Source: an uncultured virus (IMG/VR IMGVR_UViG_3300027708_000054) (taxonomy: Duplodnaviria; Heunggongvirae; Uroviricota; Caudoviricetes). Taken from it: 64,000 bases of DNA. The translations under genes were made by a program, and so were the position numbers. Shown here in pieces: positions 37,801 through 46,212 of this stretch (position 1 is the first letter of the stretch; every line of letters begins with the position of its first letter). The notes beneath the pieces are model-generated. The model did not search any database. It was not told the DNA's origin and worked only from the letters and a program-made list of their open reading frames with translations. The DNA lies in the IMG/VR virus record IMGVR_UViG_3300027708_000054. The stretch is one strand, 5' to 3'.

Positions 37801-40796
37801 TGGATGTTGGAGTGGATGGTGTTACACCAGTTGCACCATTACCATTACCAAGCAATAGTCCTAGTATGATTATAGGAGGAAAGTCTATTGTTACAGAAAA
37901 ATCTAGATTAACAATTGGAAGTAGTAATGCATGTGCAAGTCCTGCAAAAGAACAAGCCATTAGTGTTGTTTCTTATTATGCTTCATTAAAAAATATAATC
38001 CCAAATCAATGGGGACAAATATATACATACACTACAGTAGATACAGGATATCAATCAGTTATTAACCCTACAAAATCAGGACATGATGTAGTGTTTGGTG
38101 GAGATACATTTGTATCTAGATTTACATTTAAAACAAAACTACCATTCTTTATAGATAATAGAGTTAATGCTCCTGATGATAGTGATATCTTCTATGATGA
38201 GATTGGTAATATTGCCTATCCAATATATTGGCATTCTTCTAGATCTATATTAAAAGATTATGGTTATGCCCCTGATGGAGCTTTATCAAATGTTATTTCA
38301 TACAAAGCACATCATTTTGATTGTCCTAATAAACAAGATCCTGGACCAAATAGAACTTATTATAATGGATACTTTTATTTGTTTGCATATGGAATTCCTA
38401 ATTTCTATTGTGAGAGTTCTTATAATACAGATCTAAGACAAGCATTCAATAATAGAGAAGGTGATTTCTGGCCACATATTAGTTCTTCTATTCCTGATGA
38501 TTGGGTACAAGAAAACTATGTATCTATAGCATTTGATAATACGTACAACTATAATATAACATATTCAAAACAGAATAAAGAAAATGTATTTACACATTTA
38601 CCAGCTGATTGGAAAAAAGACTTCTGTTTTACATATTATCCATTTAGAACAATCTATTCAGATTCTCAGAATATAGATGCTGATAATAGAATAAATAGTT
38701 GGTTAACTTATAGATCAACTTCTTATTTTGATTTCCCTCAAAACTATGGAAACCTTATATCATTAGATGGTATTCAAAATAAAGCTATTTTAGCTAGGTT
38801 TGAGAATAAGTCTTTATTATATAATACATTACTTACAATTGATACAAGTAATCCACAAGCTGCTTATATGGGTAATCCTTCTTTATTTAGAAGTTCTCCT
38901 CCAATAGATTTTGCTGAAACAGATCTTGGATATGTAGGAAGTCAGAATAAGTTCTTATTGAAAATACCACAAGGACAAATAACAGTAGATGCTAAGAGAG
39001 GACAAATATTTTTACTTACAAGTGAAGGAGCTAAAGATCTTACATCATTCTCTTCAGGAATGAATAACTTCTTTACAAACCATTTACAATTTGAAATACT
39101 AAGATATTTTCCAAATAAAAACATAACAGTGAATGGTAAGACAGTTACTGTTCCAGGAGTTGATATAGATAATAGTTTTAATGGTATTGGTTTACATGGA
39201 GTGTATGATTCTAGATATGAAAGAATAATTATCACTAAACTTGATTATATTCCTATTGATAAAAATGTTAAATATGATTATGTAACAAAAGAGTTTTATG
39301 TAGATGAACCTATTGTTGGTAGTGCACCAATTAGAATAGTTGTAAGTTTATTAGATCCAGAATATTTCTGTAATAAATCTTGGACAGTTTCATATAATTT
39401 TAATACACAAAGCTGGGTATCTTTTCATAGCTACTTACCTAATTTCTATATGGGAGAAAATAACTTCTTCTATTCAGGAATTAATGGATGTTGTGATGAT
39501 TTTGATTTTGTTGCTGGAGAGATAGTTCCAGATCCACCAACTACAACCACTACAACCACTCCAAATACACGTAGACCAACAACATCAACCACTACAACAA
39601 TTAGTTCATATAATTGTGTATTGGAAGGAGATATTGTATTTACTGATTGTGTATTAGATGGTAATGGTATAATTACAGTGGGACCATTACCTCCACCTTG
39701 TGTAAGACCTGAAAATCTATCTCAAGATAACTTTGCTATTGGATATAGATTAACAGCACTTAATGTAGTTATTGATTCAACAGGTAGTGATGTAGAAGCT
39801 TGTAATGCAATGACATATTTAAACACTGTTCCACCTGACACTACAGTGAATACTATAATTGGAAGTTACTCATCTATTGGTCTTGGATCTATAATTTATG
39901 CAGGTCCTAATTATGAAACAGATTGTTCAGTGATACCTGATGGATGGTATTTTACAGATCAGAGTTCTAGTAATGAATTAACTTATGAAGTGGTAGATGG
40001 AATTATTATGCAAATAGTAGAATGTTGTGTAATAACAACAAGTACTACTACCACTGCACCAGTAGTATTAGAATGTTGTGGAGTTTTATTATCATCAATT
40101 GATAACATATACTATCTTAATAAATTAACAGATTCAGTGAATTTAATAAATGTTCCTGGGTATGTATCATCATTAGGAATAGCAATGACTGCTAATTACT
40201 TATGGAGTATTGATACCACTATAGAACAATGGGATATAGCTCTATCTCCATTTAGTGCTACATATAATACATCAATAGCTCTACCTATGGGATACACTCC
40301 AGGATTAGGAATATTTGCTAAAGATGAATATACATTAATTTCTACAGATACTTCTGCATCACCAAATAATGTAGTTGAATTAGATATTACAGGAGTGACA
40401 GCAGTGAGTACAATTATGTTTAGTTTACAAGCTAATAGAATTTCTGTAACTAATTTATTATATACAGTAGATGGTAAACTTATTGTAGCTAATCAAGATG
40501 TAATGACATCTGATTATTATATAACACAATATGATTATGCAACTAATGTAATAGAATTTGATCTTAATATTGGAACTATTGCACCTGCATCATTATTTGG
40601 ATGTAACTGTGATATATATGTAACTGATGCTGATAGTAATTTATATACATTGGTTAATATATCAGGATATGAATTATTATCTTTATCTGCTAATTTAGGA
40701 ATTACATCTATAGGTTCTGCTGCTCAAGTTGGTTCATGCGTACATAGTACTATTACTGAAGATATATTTACAACTACCACAACAACAACTATCTAA
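34890..40796 (+). CDS. tail stabilisation/muzzle protein (N-terminal part) with appended modules
   Basis: 1968 aa; GLNLD...YALNA, YWTDG, GYLRDEVYAF, IRHHKFP, FGGDTF, SWTVSY..SWVSFHSY motifs of crAss-like muzzle proteins. Confidence 0.75.
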   Translation: MAEDQKSGSNINQNPSSGTTGLNLDSSINQVKPGSLTYALNAAVENFDGNIVNYQNELGNDLCVTFPKSYLLIGTHFINEKNKHIFFLHNPVNGDSEIGYMENNDCIYHTLVNAPCLNFNLNNPIHKVVHKITNCTIEIYWTDGFNVRRYLDLNNIPYLIQPNANLCNPAYTNQLDCNQIKIQPNFSIPQLTISKIRNGGELISGTYQFAIQYCDAVGNGYTSYYSVTNPTPIMDEQQTTVNFNTSVNKSIVVDISDIDITGQYQYYNLAVIKTINNATAVDLVGTYFIEQSTNQVTYTGSDQSPIKLSIQDIFEKFPYYEIAQDITAVQDILVWDNLTSINRINYQSIANQITVGWETYRIPASENYADELNATNLRGYLRDEVYAFEIVFLLKNGKQTDGFHIPGRVQNWNEWSQPNIPITSADFIGDPETGTNYSPYWKIYNTASVTGFVPGYSVDANYKGPWQYGEMAFWQSEEKYPCNVDVWGDLADQYIRHHKFPDVLISPINESKIFASSTSMVMGNDAVFPIGLRIDPIQISYLVYNSNLTADEKSEIAGFKIVRGNRGTHKSIVAKGILRNVNSYEREGQYYYYPNYPYNEVVGNDPFVNSVNNAWTEICEPWNIDIFQFNLPNTGTPTYVEIEYTNCNNNKTDTIKYTTLGRQILCSITRPIPQGTGSFNRMTTNRAGRETPTPGTILNIGPSNYDVWEVGVGKTSLGTGKAGYEVQWTDPVAGLQHEWVPGGIFGGGTYQLNTLVDGRPVNISTGSAANNEEFGRIEQVRSTACKTETPQPDISSKPDLAYRQVFNSPETSFGQPFLGNVLKLENVMFGKGLGHFVEVRGNAKYKLLTYEAQYDALSSSQAIASYGAQFNAGAMFTVYQSYLTIYINGITRRNYAYSYNSIADYNYNVGVGNNITVGTVQGIKQRMLDIARYLIPGVESVGDTINVPGVGVRNAPINNYRRESSVYLKTMDVGVDGVTPVAPLPLPSNSPSMIIGGKSIVTEKSRLTIGSSNACASPAKEQAISVVSYYASLKNIIPNQWGQIYTYTTVDTGYQSVINPTKSGHDVVFGGDTFVSRFTFKTKLPFFIDNRVNAPDDSDIFYDEIGNIAYPIYWHSSRSILKDYGYAPDGALSNVISYKAHHFDCPNKQDPGPNRTYYNGYFYLFAYGIPNFYCESSYNTDLRQAFNNREGDFWPHISSSIPDDWVQENYVSIAFDNTYNYNITYSKQNKENVFTHLPADWKKDFCFTYYPFRTIYSDSQNIDADNRINSWLTYRSTSYFDFPQNYGNLISLDGIQNKAILARFENKSLLYNTLLTIDTSNPQAAYMGNPSLFRSSPPIDFAETDLGYVGSQNKFLLKIPQGQITVDAKRGQIFLLTSEGAKDLTSFSSGMNNFFTNHLQFEILRYFPNKNITVNGKTVTVPGVDIDNSFNGIGLHGVYDSRYERIIITKLDYIPIDKNVKYDYVTKEFYVDEPIVGSAPIRIVVSLLDPEYFCNKSWTVSYNFNTQSWVSFHSYLPNFYMGENNFFYSGINGCCDDFDFVAGEIVPDPPTTTTTTTPNTRRPTTSTTTTISSYNCVLEGDIVFTDCVLDGNGIITVGPLPPPCVRPENLSQDNFAIGYRLTALNVVIDSTGSDVEACNAMTYLNTVPPDTTVNTIIGSYSSIGLGSIIYAGPNYETDCSVIPDGWYFTDQSSSNELTYEVVDGIIMQIVECCVITTSTTTTAPVVLECCGVLLSSIDNIYYLNKLTDSVNLINVPGYVSSLGIAMTANYLWSIDTTIEQWDIALSPFSATYNTSIALPMGYTPGLGIFAKDEYTLISTDTSASPNNVVELDITGVTAVSTIMFSLQANRISVTNLLYTVDGKLIVANQDVMTSDYYITQYDYATNVIEFDLNIGTIAPASLFGCNCDIYVTDADSNLYTLVNISGYELLSLSANLGITSIGSAAQVGSCVHSTITEDIFTTTTTTTI

Positions 40797-40797
40797 T

Positions 40798-41664
40798 ATG
40801 TCAAAGACTATATCTATAAAATTAACACAAGTTGGACCAGTTGCTGGACCATTTAATATCTATGACCAGTTTGGTAATGTGATAGCAGAAGATGTATCTA
40901 AAAAAACTCTTATAAGAGGAATTAGTTATATTGTAGATAATAATGTTAACATTATAAATATTAAATCTACAGGTAAATGTAAAATAGAAAAAAGTATAAA
41001 TGTTGAAGATATTGAATTTAGTAATTATAATAACATAAATATAATACAGATTTCAACAGGATGTACTTGGACACATTCACTTAATATAAGAAACTATAAT
41101 ACATTCTATGGAAGTATAGCACCTTATATTATTGAATATCCAGTTGCTTATAGAGCTCAGGATGAACTATTGCAGAATATAGTGGATTACACATTAGCAT
41201 ATGAATATCTTCCTATATTAGATGGTGTATTTAATAGTAATACAAAAATAGAAACAAATGATAAATGGTTTAATAAAGCTATTATTTATAATGATCAACA
41301 GAGTTCTGGTGTTCTTGAGTTAGTAGCAAAACCAATGCATAACTTGCAAGCTTATAATCAATATCCTATCTTTAATACTGATAGTAAAACTATCACTTAC
41401 ACTAAGAGTGATAACTTCTATCAGTATAATACTTTCTGGGCATTAGAGAAAAGTTCTCAGGTTCCATTATTCAATACAACATGTGAGAGTTTATCAATTG
41501 ATAAAGTGGTAAATCAAGACAATATGGACTATGGACTTAGAAGTTTTAAGAAAGCTACATTAAGAGCTAAGAATGTTAAGATAAGACATATACTAGATAA
41601 TACATCAACAACTCACTTGGTAAGTCAATTTATTATTGCTCCAAGTCAAATATCTTATAAATAA
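40798..41664 (+). CDS. tail protein, probably muzzle C-terminal part with its own N-terminal module
   Basis: ATG 40798 directly follows the upstream stop; W.H...YNTFYG..PYIIEY, FNKAIIYNDQQSSG. Confidence 0.6.
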   Translation: MSKTISIKLTQVGPVAGPFNIYDQFGNVIAEDVSKKTLIRGISYIVDNNVNIINIKSTGKCKIEKSINVEDIEFSNYNNINIIQISTGCTWTHSLNIRNYNTFYGSIAPYIIEYPVAYRAQDELLQNIVDYTLAYEYLPILDGVFNSNTKIETNDKWFNKAIIYNDQQSSGVLELVAKPMHNLQAYNQYPIFNTDSKTITYTKSDNFYQYNTFWALEKSSQVPLFNTTCESLSIDKVVNQDNMDYGLRSFKKATLRAKNVKIRHILDNTSTTHLVSQFIIAPSQISYK

Positions 41665-44600
41665 TGAGTAGTGGTAAAGTAAATTGCACATGTGGATGGA
41701 GCTGGAACAAATCTGATTCTAGTAAGAAAGATATGTACATATGTCATGAGTGTGGAAGAGACAATAGTAATAATATTCCAAAAGCTCAATTAGGTGAAAA
41801 AGTTGTAGCAGAATCTACTGGTGTATATAAAAAACCTTTTAATGAAAGAGAATTAAAAAATATTATAAAGGATGATGTTGAATATACAAGAACAGGTGAT
41901 ATAAAAAAACCTAGAGCTGAAGCTAATAAATTTGAAAAGTTTTTACCAGATAAAAAAACTGTTAATTTCTTTAAAAAAATGAAAAAAGAAGTAGGACCTG
42001 CAATTTTTAGAGAAGCTTTAAAAATACAACATGAAAGAGGAAATCCTTCTGTTAACGTAGGAACAAATAAAGGTTTACCATTTCATAATAGAAGAAATTA
42101 TAATCCTTTTACCAACGAAATAAATATACCTAAAGGTTTACCTGATTCATATGATGATATAAATAATTATATAGAAGAAGTTGGACATGCTGGACAACCT
42201 TTGTCATATGTTATTCCTAGATTTTTAAAAAATGATATTCCAGGATATATAAAAGCATATACAACTGAAGGGGATAGTGGGGATAATACAGATAAATATG
42301 TTTATAATAATCCTAACACAGTAGAAAATTATACACATAATAAAGTTCAACCAAAATTAGAACAAAGAATAAACTCAGCATTTAGTTGGCCAAAATCAAA
42401 AGAAGAAGAGGAAGAATATCTAGATCTTATGTTAAAATATGATATGCCTAAACAAAAAAATGGTGGTTGGTTAGATAGCTATGTTGATGGTGGAACAATG
42501 CAAGAACACCAAGAGAATTATAATGATTCAGAAGCTTCTGCTCCTGAAGGAATGATAGGAGATGGATATTCTAATGTAGGTAGAAACTATTCTCCTGCAT
42601 GGGGTGGACAGTTTGAAGATGGTGGTTTTATTCCTATGGCTCAAAATGGTAAAGCTACATCAGCAGATAGTCTTGCTGTATATAATGATGTAATGAGAAC
42701 TAAAAATTATTATGAAACACATAATACTAAATATTTCAATAAACCAGAAATATCACCAGGATGGTGGGCAGATAAAATAATAATGGATAAGATCAAAAAA
42801 GATCATCTTAAACATCCAGATGTAACTGCAGCTAATAAACAAAAAATAAGACAAAATAAAAATCCTAATCAATATCTTTTATCAGATATGATTACAGGAG
42901 CAATTGATCCAAATGCACCATTATTTAGATATGATACAAGAATAGCTCCACAAGGAGAAATAACTTATAATCCAAAATCATATCTTGCACCAGCTATAAA
43001 AAAATTAGATCCTAATTTTGAAAAATTAAGTGATTCTGAAAATAGTGCTATTATAAAAATGTTGAGCGGTTATGGTAGTACAATGACTCCTGAACAAATT
43101 TTAATATATAGAAAATGGAAAGGTAAACATCCCCATGATCTTAAAAAAATGCAAGCTTTAGATAAATTAGACATAGAAGTTTCTAATCATACTCCTGGAT
43201 ATATTACCACTCTTCCTTATTATGATCCTCTTGCAGTTAAACCATATAATCTAAGAACTCCTCAAGAAAAAATAGATTGGCAAAAACAATATGGATCAAC
43301 TAAAGATAAAGATAAAGATAAAGATAAACCAATTAAAAATACTCCAGTAGTTGAAAGAGGAGAATTAACTTCTTTACAACCAATGAGCAGAGGATTAGAA
43401 AATACTAATATACAAATAGATAATTCTGATATTAATATTCCTATTCATGCAAGAGTTCCTCAGTCTTATGATGTAACATCTCAAAGACAAACAATGAATG
43501 GTCCTAATGATTATTATGATTATAATGAACAAGGAGTTAGTATAGAACAAGCAGTAAAAGCTAAACAAGCTGCTGATGCATACAATCAATCTATTCTAGA
43601 GAAATATGGAAATAATAAAAATCCTAAAGCACAAGAAAGATTAAAACAATTAAAACAAGATATAGAATTAACTCCTCATTATCAAATGGGTGGATCTGTC
43701 TATCCAGTTAATTATGTTCCTCAAGCACAGAATGGTTGGTTAGAAAATGCTGAAAACTCTGTAAATAAATGGTTAGGTAATCCTATGCGTACAGGAGAAA
43801 TTGCAGGAAATGTATTTGGAGAAAAATGGTTTAATCCTAAAACTAAAAAATGGGAAATAGAAGGTAGAGATAATGTTAGACATTCTTTTTCTGGTAGATA
43901 TACCTCTGAAGCTATACAAAATAAGTTTCCTTCATGGATGCAATATACAGGAATACCACAAGCAGCAGGAATTGTTGGTGCTACAGGATTAGGTGCTGGA
44001 CATGAATTATCTACACTTATAGGAACTAAAAATGACAAAAGATCATTGTATAACAAGATAAGAGAATCTGGAGAAGATGCTTTTAATAACATGATTGGTG
44101 CAGGAGTTGGTTCCTTACCAGTATCCTCAGAAATAAAAACTAATACATTAGGAAAATTATCTGATGATAATTTATTACCTGATGGTGTTTCTGGTAGAGC
44201 TAATAGTGTATATGTAAAACATGCAATGGGTGGTTCTATTCCAGGTGCTGTAGGATTTACATATGCACGTACACAATCTCCTGCTCCTAGTAATGGTCCT
44301 TATGCTAAGAAAACAAAAGCTAGTGCACAGAATGGTGGATGGTTAAATAAATATGATGTAGCACAAAATGGTAAAAGGCTTAATGATGCTGCTCAAATGA
44401 TTAATACTATAAATGCTAGAAAGCAACCTGGATATCATCGTGATTCTCCAAACATTAACATTAAAGAAATTCCTAGACAATCAATTAATGATAAAATTGC
44501 AGCTCCAAAAAAATTACATACAACAGATTTAGATAAACTTAATGTAAGAAATAAAACAAAAGCTGAATTAGATGCTCAAGAATTAGCTAATGATAATGCT

Positions 44601-46211
44601 ATTGCTGCACAAAGATTAGCTGTACGTAAAAATGCTGAAGCTAATCCTTTGCATAGTTGGGCAGGAACATTTGATTCTAAAAACTGGAATAGACAAAATG
44701 TAGAAGACTCTAGTGCTGATTTAGAATCAATGTTTAGAATGTCAGATAAGCCAAACTTTTTTGATGATTGGTTAAATCCTTTAAATCAAATAGGTGGTAT
44801 GGCTGCAGATCTTGGTGCTGCTCCTAATCAAATAGTTCAACAAAATTCAATGATGCCTCTTGTAACAGCTGTTGGTACACCATTATTAACAGGACTATTA
44901 GAAGGACATGGTGTAAAAAATAATAGACAGTTTGTAAATAATCTTATAAATCCAGTTAACTTTGTTCCTGGTTATCATGCTGCTGAAAAATATTTACTTC
45001 CAAAAATTAAAAAGACATTAGCAAAAGGTGCTTTACCTATGCTTAAAGAAGCAAAAAAAATAGAAACTTTAGGAAGAGAAACAGTTAGAGGAATAAATGA
45101 TAATGTTATTTATCCTATTAAATATAAAAAACAAATTGCTGATATAAAAAAATTACATGGTGAGTTAGCTTCACAATTAGGAGCAGATGAAGGAGTTAAA
45201 AGATTAAAGGGTGTGTTAGGAATAGATCCAACTAACTTAGATTACCCATCACTAACAACTACTCCAGGAATAGGTAGTCACTACAGTCCTCTTATGAATA
45301 ATATAAATATGGACTTTAGACAACTAAGTGAATTTAAAAACTCTCCTAAATATATGCTTCCTGCAAACACAGTACATGGTCATGAAGTTGGACATTGGAT
45401 GCAAAGAGAAGCTGATAGATTTGGTCCTGCATATCAAGAAGCATTAGCTAAGTATAATAGTAATAAAGCAATGTTTTTTGAACCTTCATTTCCTACATCA
45501 AACCCCACTGCAATAGATAGATTTGCACAACAATTATATGGATATGATAAAGGTACAAATATGATAGATATAAGTGGTGTATCAAATCAAGTAGATATGA
45601 ATACATTATATGATAATGCAAAATACTTTACAAATCGAGGAGCAGAACCTCTTGCACATCTTAGAGAGATGCGTCAGAATATGTTAAATAAAGGATATAT
45701 TAAAAATATATATGATCCAATTTCTGAAGAAACTATTAATAAGTTTATATCTGAAAATTTTAATGATAGAGTTTCAAGTTTTACAATACCTGGTTCTAAA
45801 CAAACAAAAGGTTTAGAAACTATATTTAGAAATCTTCCATCAGTAATTGGTGCTGCAGCTGTAGGTACAGGTGCTGCTTATCAAATGCAAAATCAAAAAC
45901 CAGTTTCAGGAATGAAAGAAGGAGGAGTTATAAAAGATGATAGAGGACAATGGGATCATCCTGGAGAAATAACAGAAATAGGTTCTAACAATATAACAAT
46001 GCAAGGAGTTCCTTATCCTGTTCTTGGTATATCAGATACAGGAGATACTAAACTAATGAAACCAGGAAAAAACTATAAATACAAAGGGAAGAAAGTAACA
46101 GAATATCCATTATCAAAAAATGGAAAAGAGTTGGTTAAGTTAGACCAATTAACTAATTTTACAAACTATAACAAACCACAACCAGGTGGATGGTTGAACA
46201 AATATAATTAA
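41664..46211 (+). CDS. large multidomain virion cargo protein (zincin-like domains)
   Basis: 1515 aa; CxC/CxxC N-terminus; EEVGH and HEVGH motifs; recurring AQNG/xxMGG motifs. Confidence 0.75.
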   Translation: MSSGKVNCTCGWSWNKSDSSKKDMYICHECGRDNSNNIPKAQLGEKVVAESTGVYKKPFNERELKNIIKDDVEYTRTGDIKKPRAEANKFEKFLPDKKTVNFFKKMKKEVGPAIFREALKIQHERGNPSVNVGTNKGLPFHNRRNYNPFTNEINIPKGLPDSYDDINNYIEEVGHAGQPLSYVIPRFLKNDIPGYIKAYTTEGDSGDNTDKYVYNNPNTVENYTHNKVQPKLEQRINSAFSWPKSKEEEEEYLDLMLKYDMPKQKNGGWLDSYVDGGTMQEHQENYNDSEASAPEGMIGDGYSNVGRNYSPAWGGQFEDGGFIPMAQNGKATSADSLAVYNDVMRTKNYYETHNTKYFNKPEISPGWWADKIIMDKIKKDHLKHPDVTAANKQKIRQNKNPNQYLLSDMITGAIDPNAPLFRYDTRIAPQGEITYNPKSYLAPAIKKLDPNFEKLSDSENSAIIKMLSGYGSTMTPEQILIYRKWKGKHPHDLKKMQALDKLDIEVSNHTPGYITTLPYYDPLAVKPYNLRTPQEKIDWQKQYGSTKDKDKDKDKPIKNTPVVERGELTSLQPMSRGLENTNIQIDNSDINIPIHARVPQSYDVTSQRQTMNGPNDYYDYNEQGVSIEQAVKAKQAADAYNQSILEKYGNNKNPKAQERLKQLKQDIELTPHYQMGGSVYPVNYVPQAQNGWLENAENSVNKWLGNPMRTGEIAGNVFGEKWFNPKTKKWEIEGRDNVRHSFSGRYTSEAIQNKFPSWMQYTGIPQAAGIVGATGLGAGHELSTLIGTKNDKRSLYNKIRESGEDAFNNMIGAGVGSLPVSSEIKTNTLGKLSDDNLLPDGVSGRANSVYVKHAMGGSIPGAVGFTYARTQSPAPSNGPYAKKTKASAQNGGWLNKYDVAQNGKRLNDAAQMINTINARKQPGYHRDSPNINIKEIPRQSINDKIAAPKKLHTTDLDKLNVRNKTKAELDAQELANDNAIAAQRLAVRKNAEANPLHSWAGTFDSKNWNRQNVEDSSADLESMFRMSDKPNFFDDWLNPLNQIGGMAADLGAAPNQIVQQNSMMPLVTAVGTPLLTGLLEGHGVKNNRQFVNNLINPVNFVPGYHAAEKYLLPKIKKTLAKGALPMLKEAKKIETLGRETVRGINDNVIYPIKYKKQIADIKKLHGELASQLGADEGVKRLKGVLGIDPTNLDYPSLTTTPGIGSHYSPLMNNINMDFRQLSEFKNSPKYMLPANTVHGHEVGHWMQREADRFGPAYQEALAKYNSNKAMFFEPSFPTSNPTAIDRFAQQLYGYDKGTNMIDISGVSNQVDMNTLYDNAKYFTNRGAEPLAHLREMRQNMLNKGYIKNIYDPISEETINKFISENFNDRVSSFTIPGSKQTKGLETIFRNLPSVIGAAAVGTGAAYQMQNQKPVSGMKEGGVIKDDRGQWDHPGEITEIGSNNITMQGVPYPVLGISDTGDTKLMKPGKNYKYKGKKVTEYPLSKNGKELVKLDQLTNFTNYNKPQPGGWLNKYN

Positions 46212-46212
46212 T

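Noticed and set aside
26975..41664. Diversity-generating retroelement targeting fibre genes
   Set aside because: No reverse transcriptase and no adenine-variant TR/VR repeat pair seen in this window
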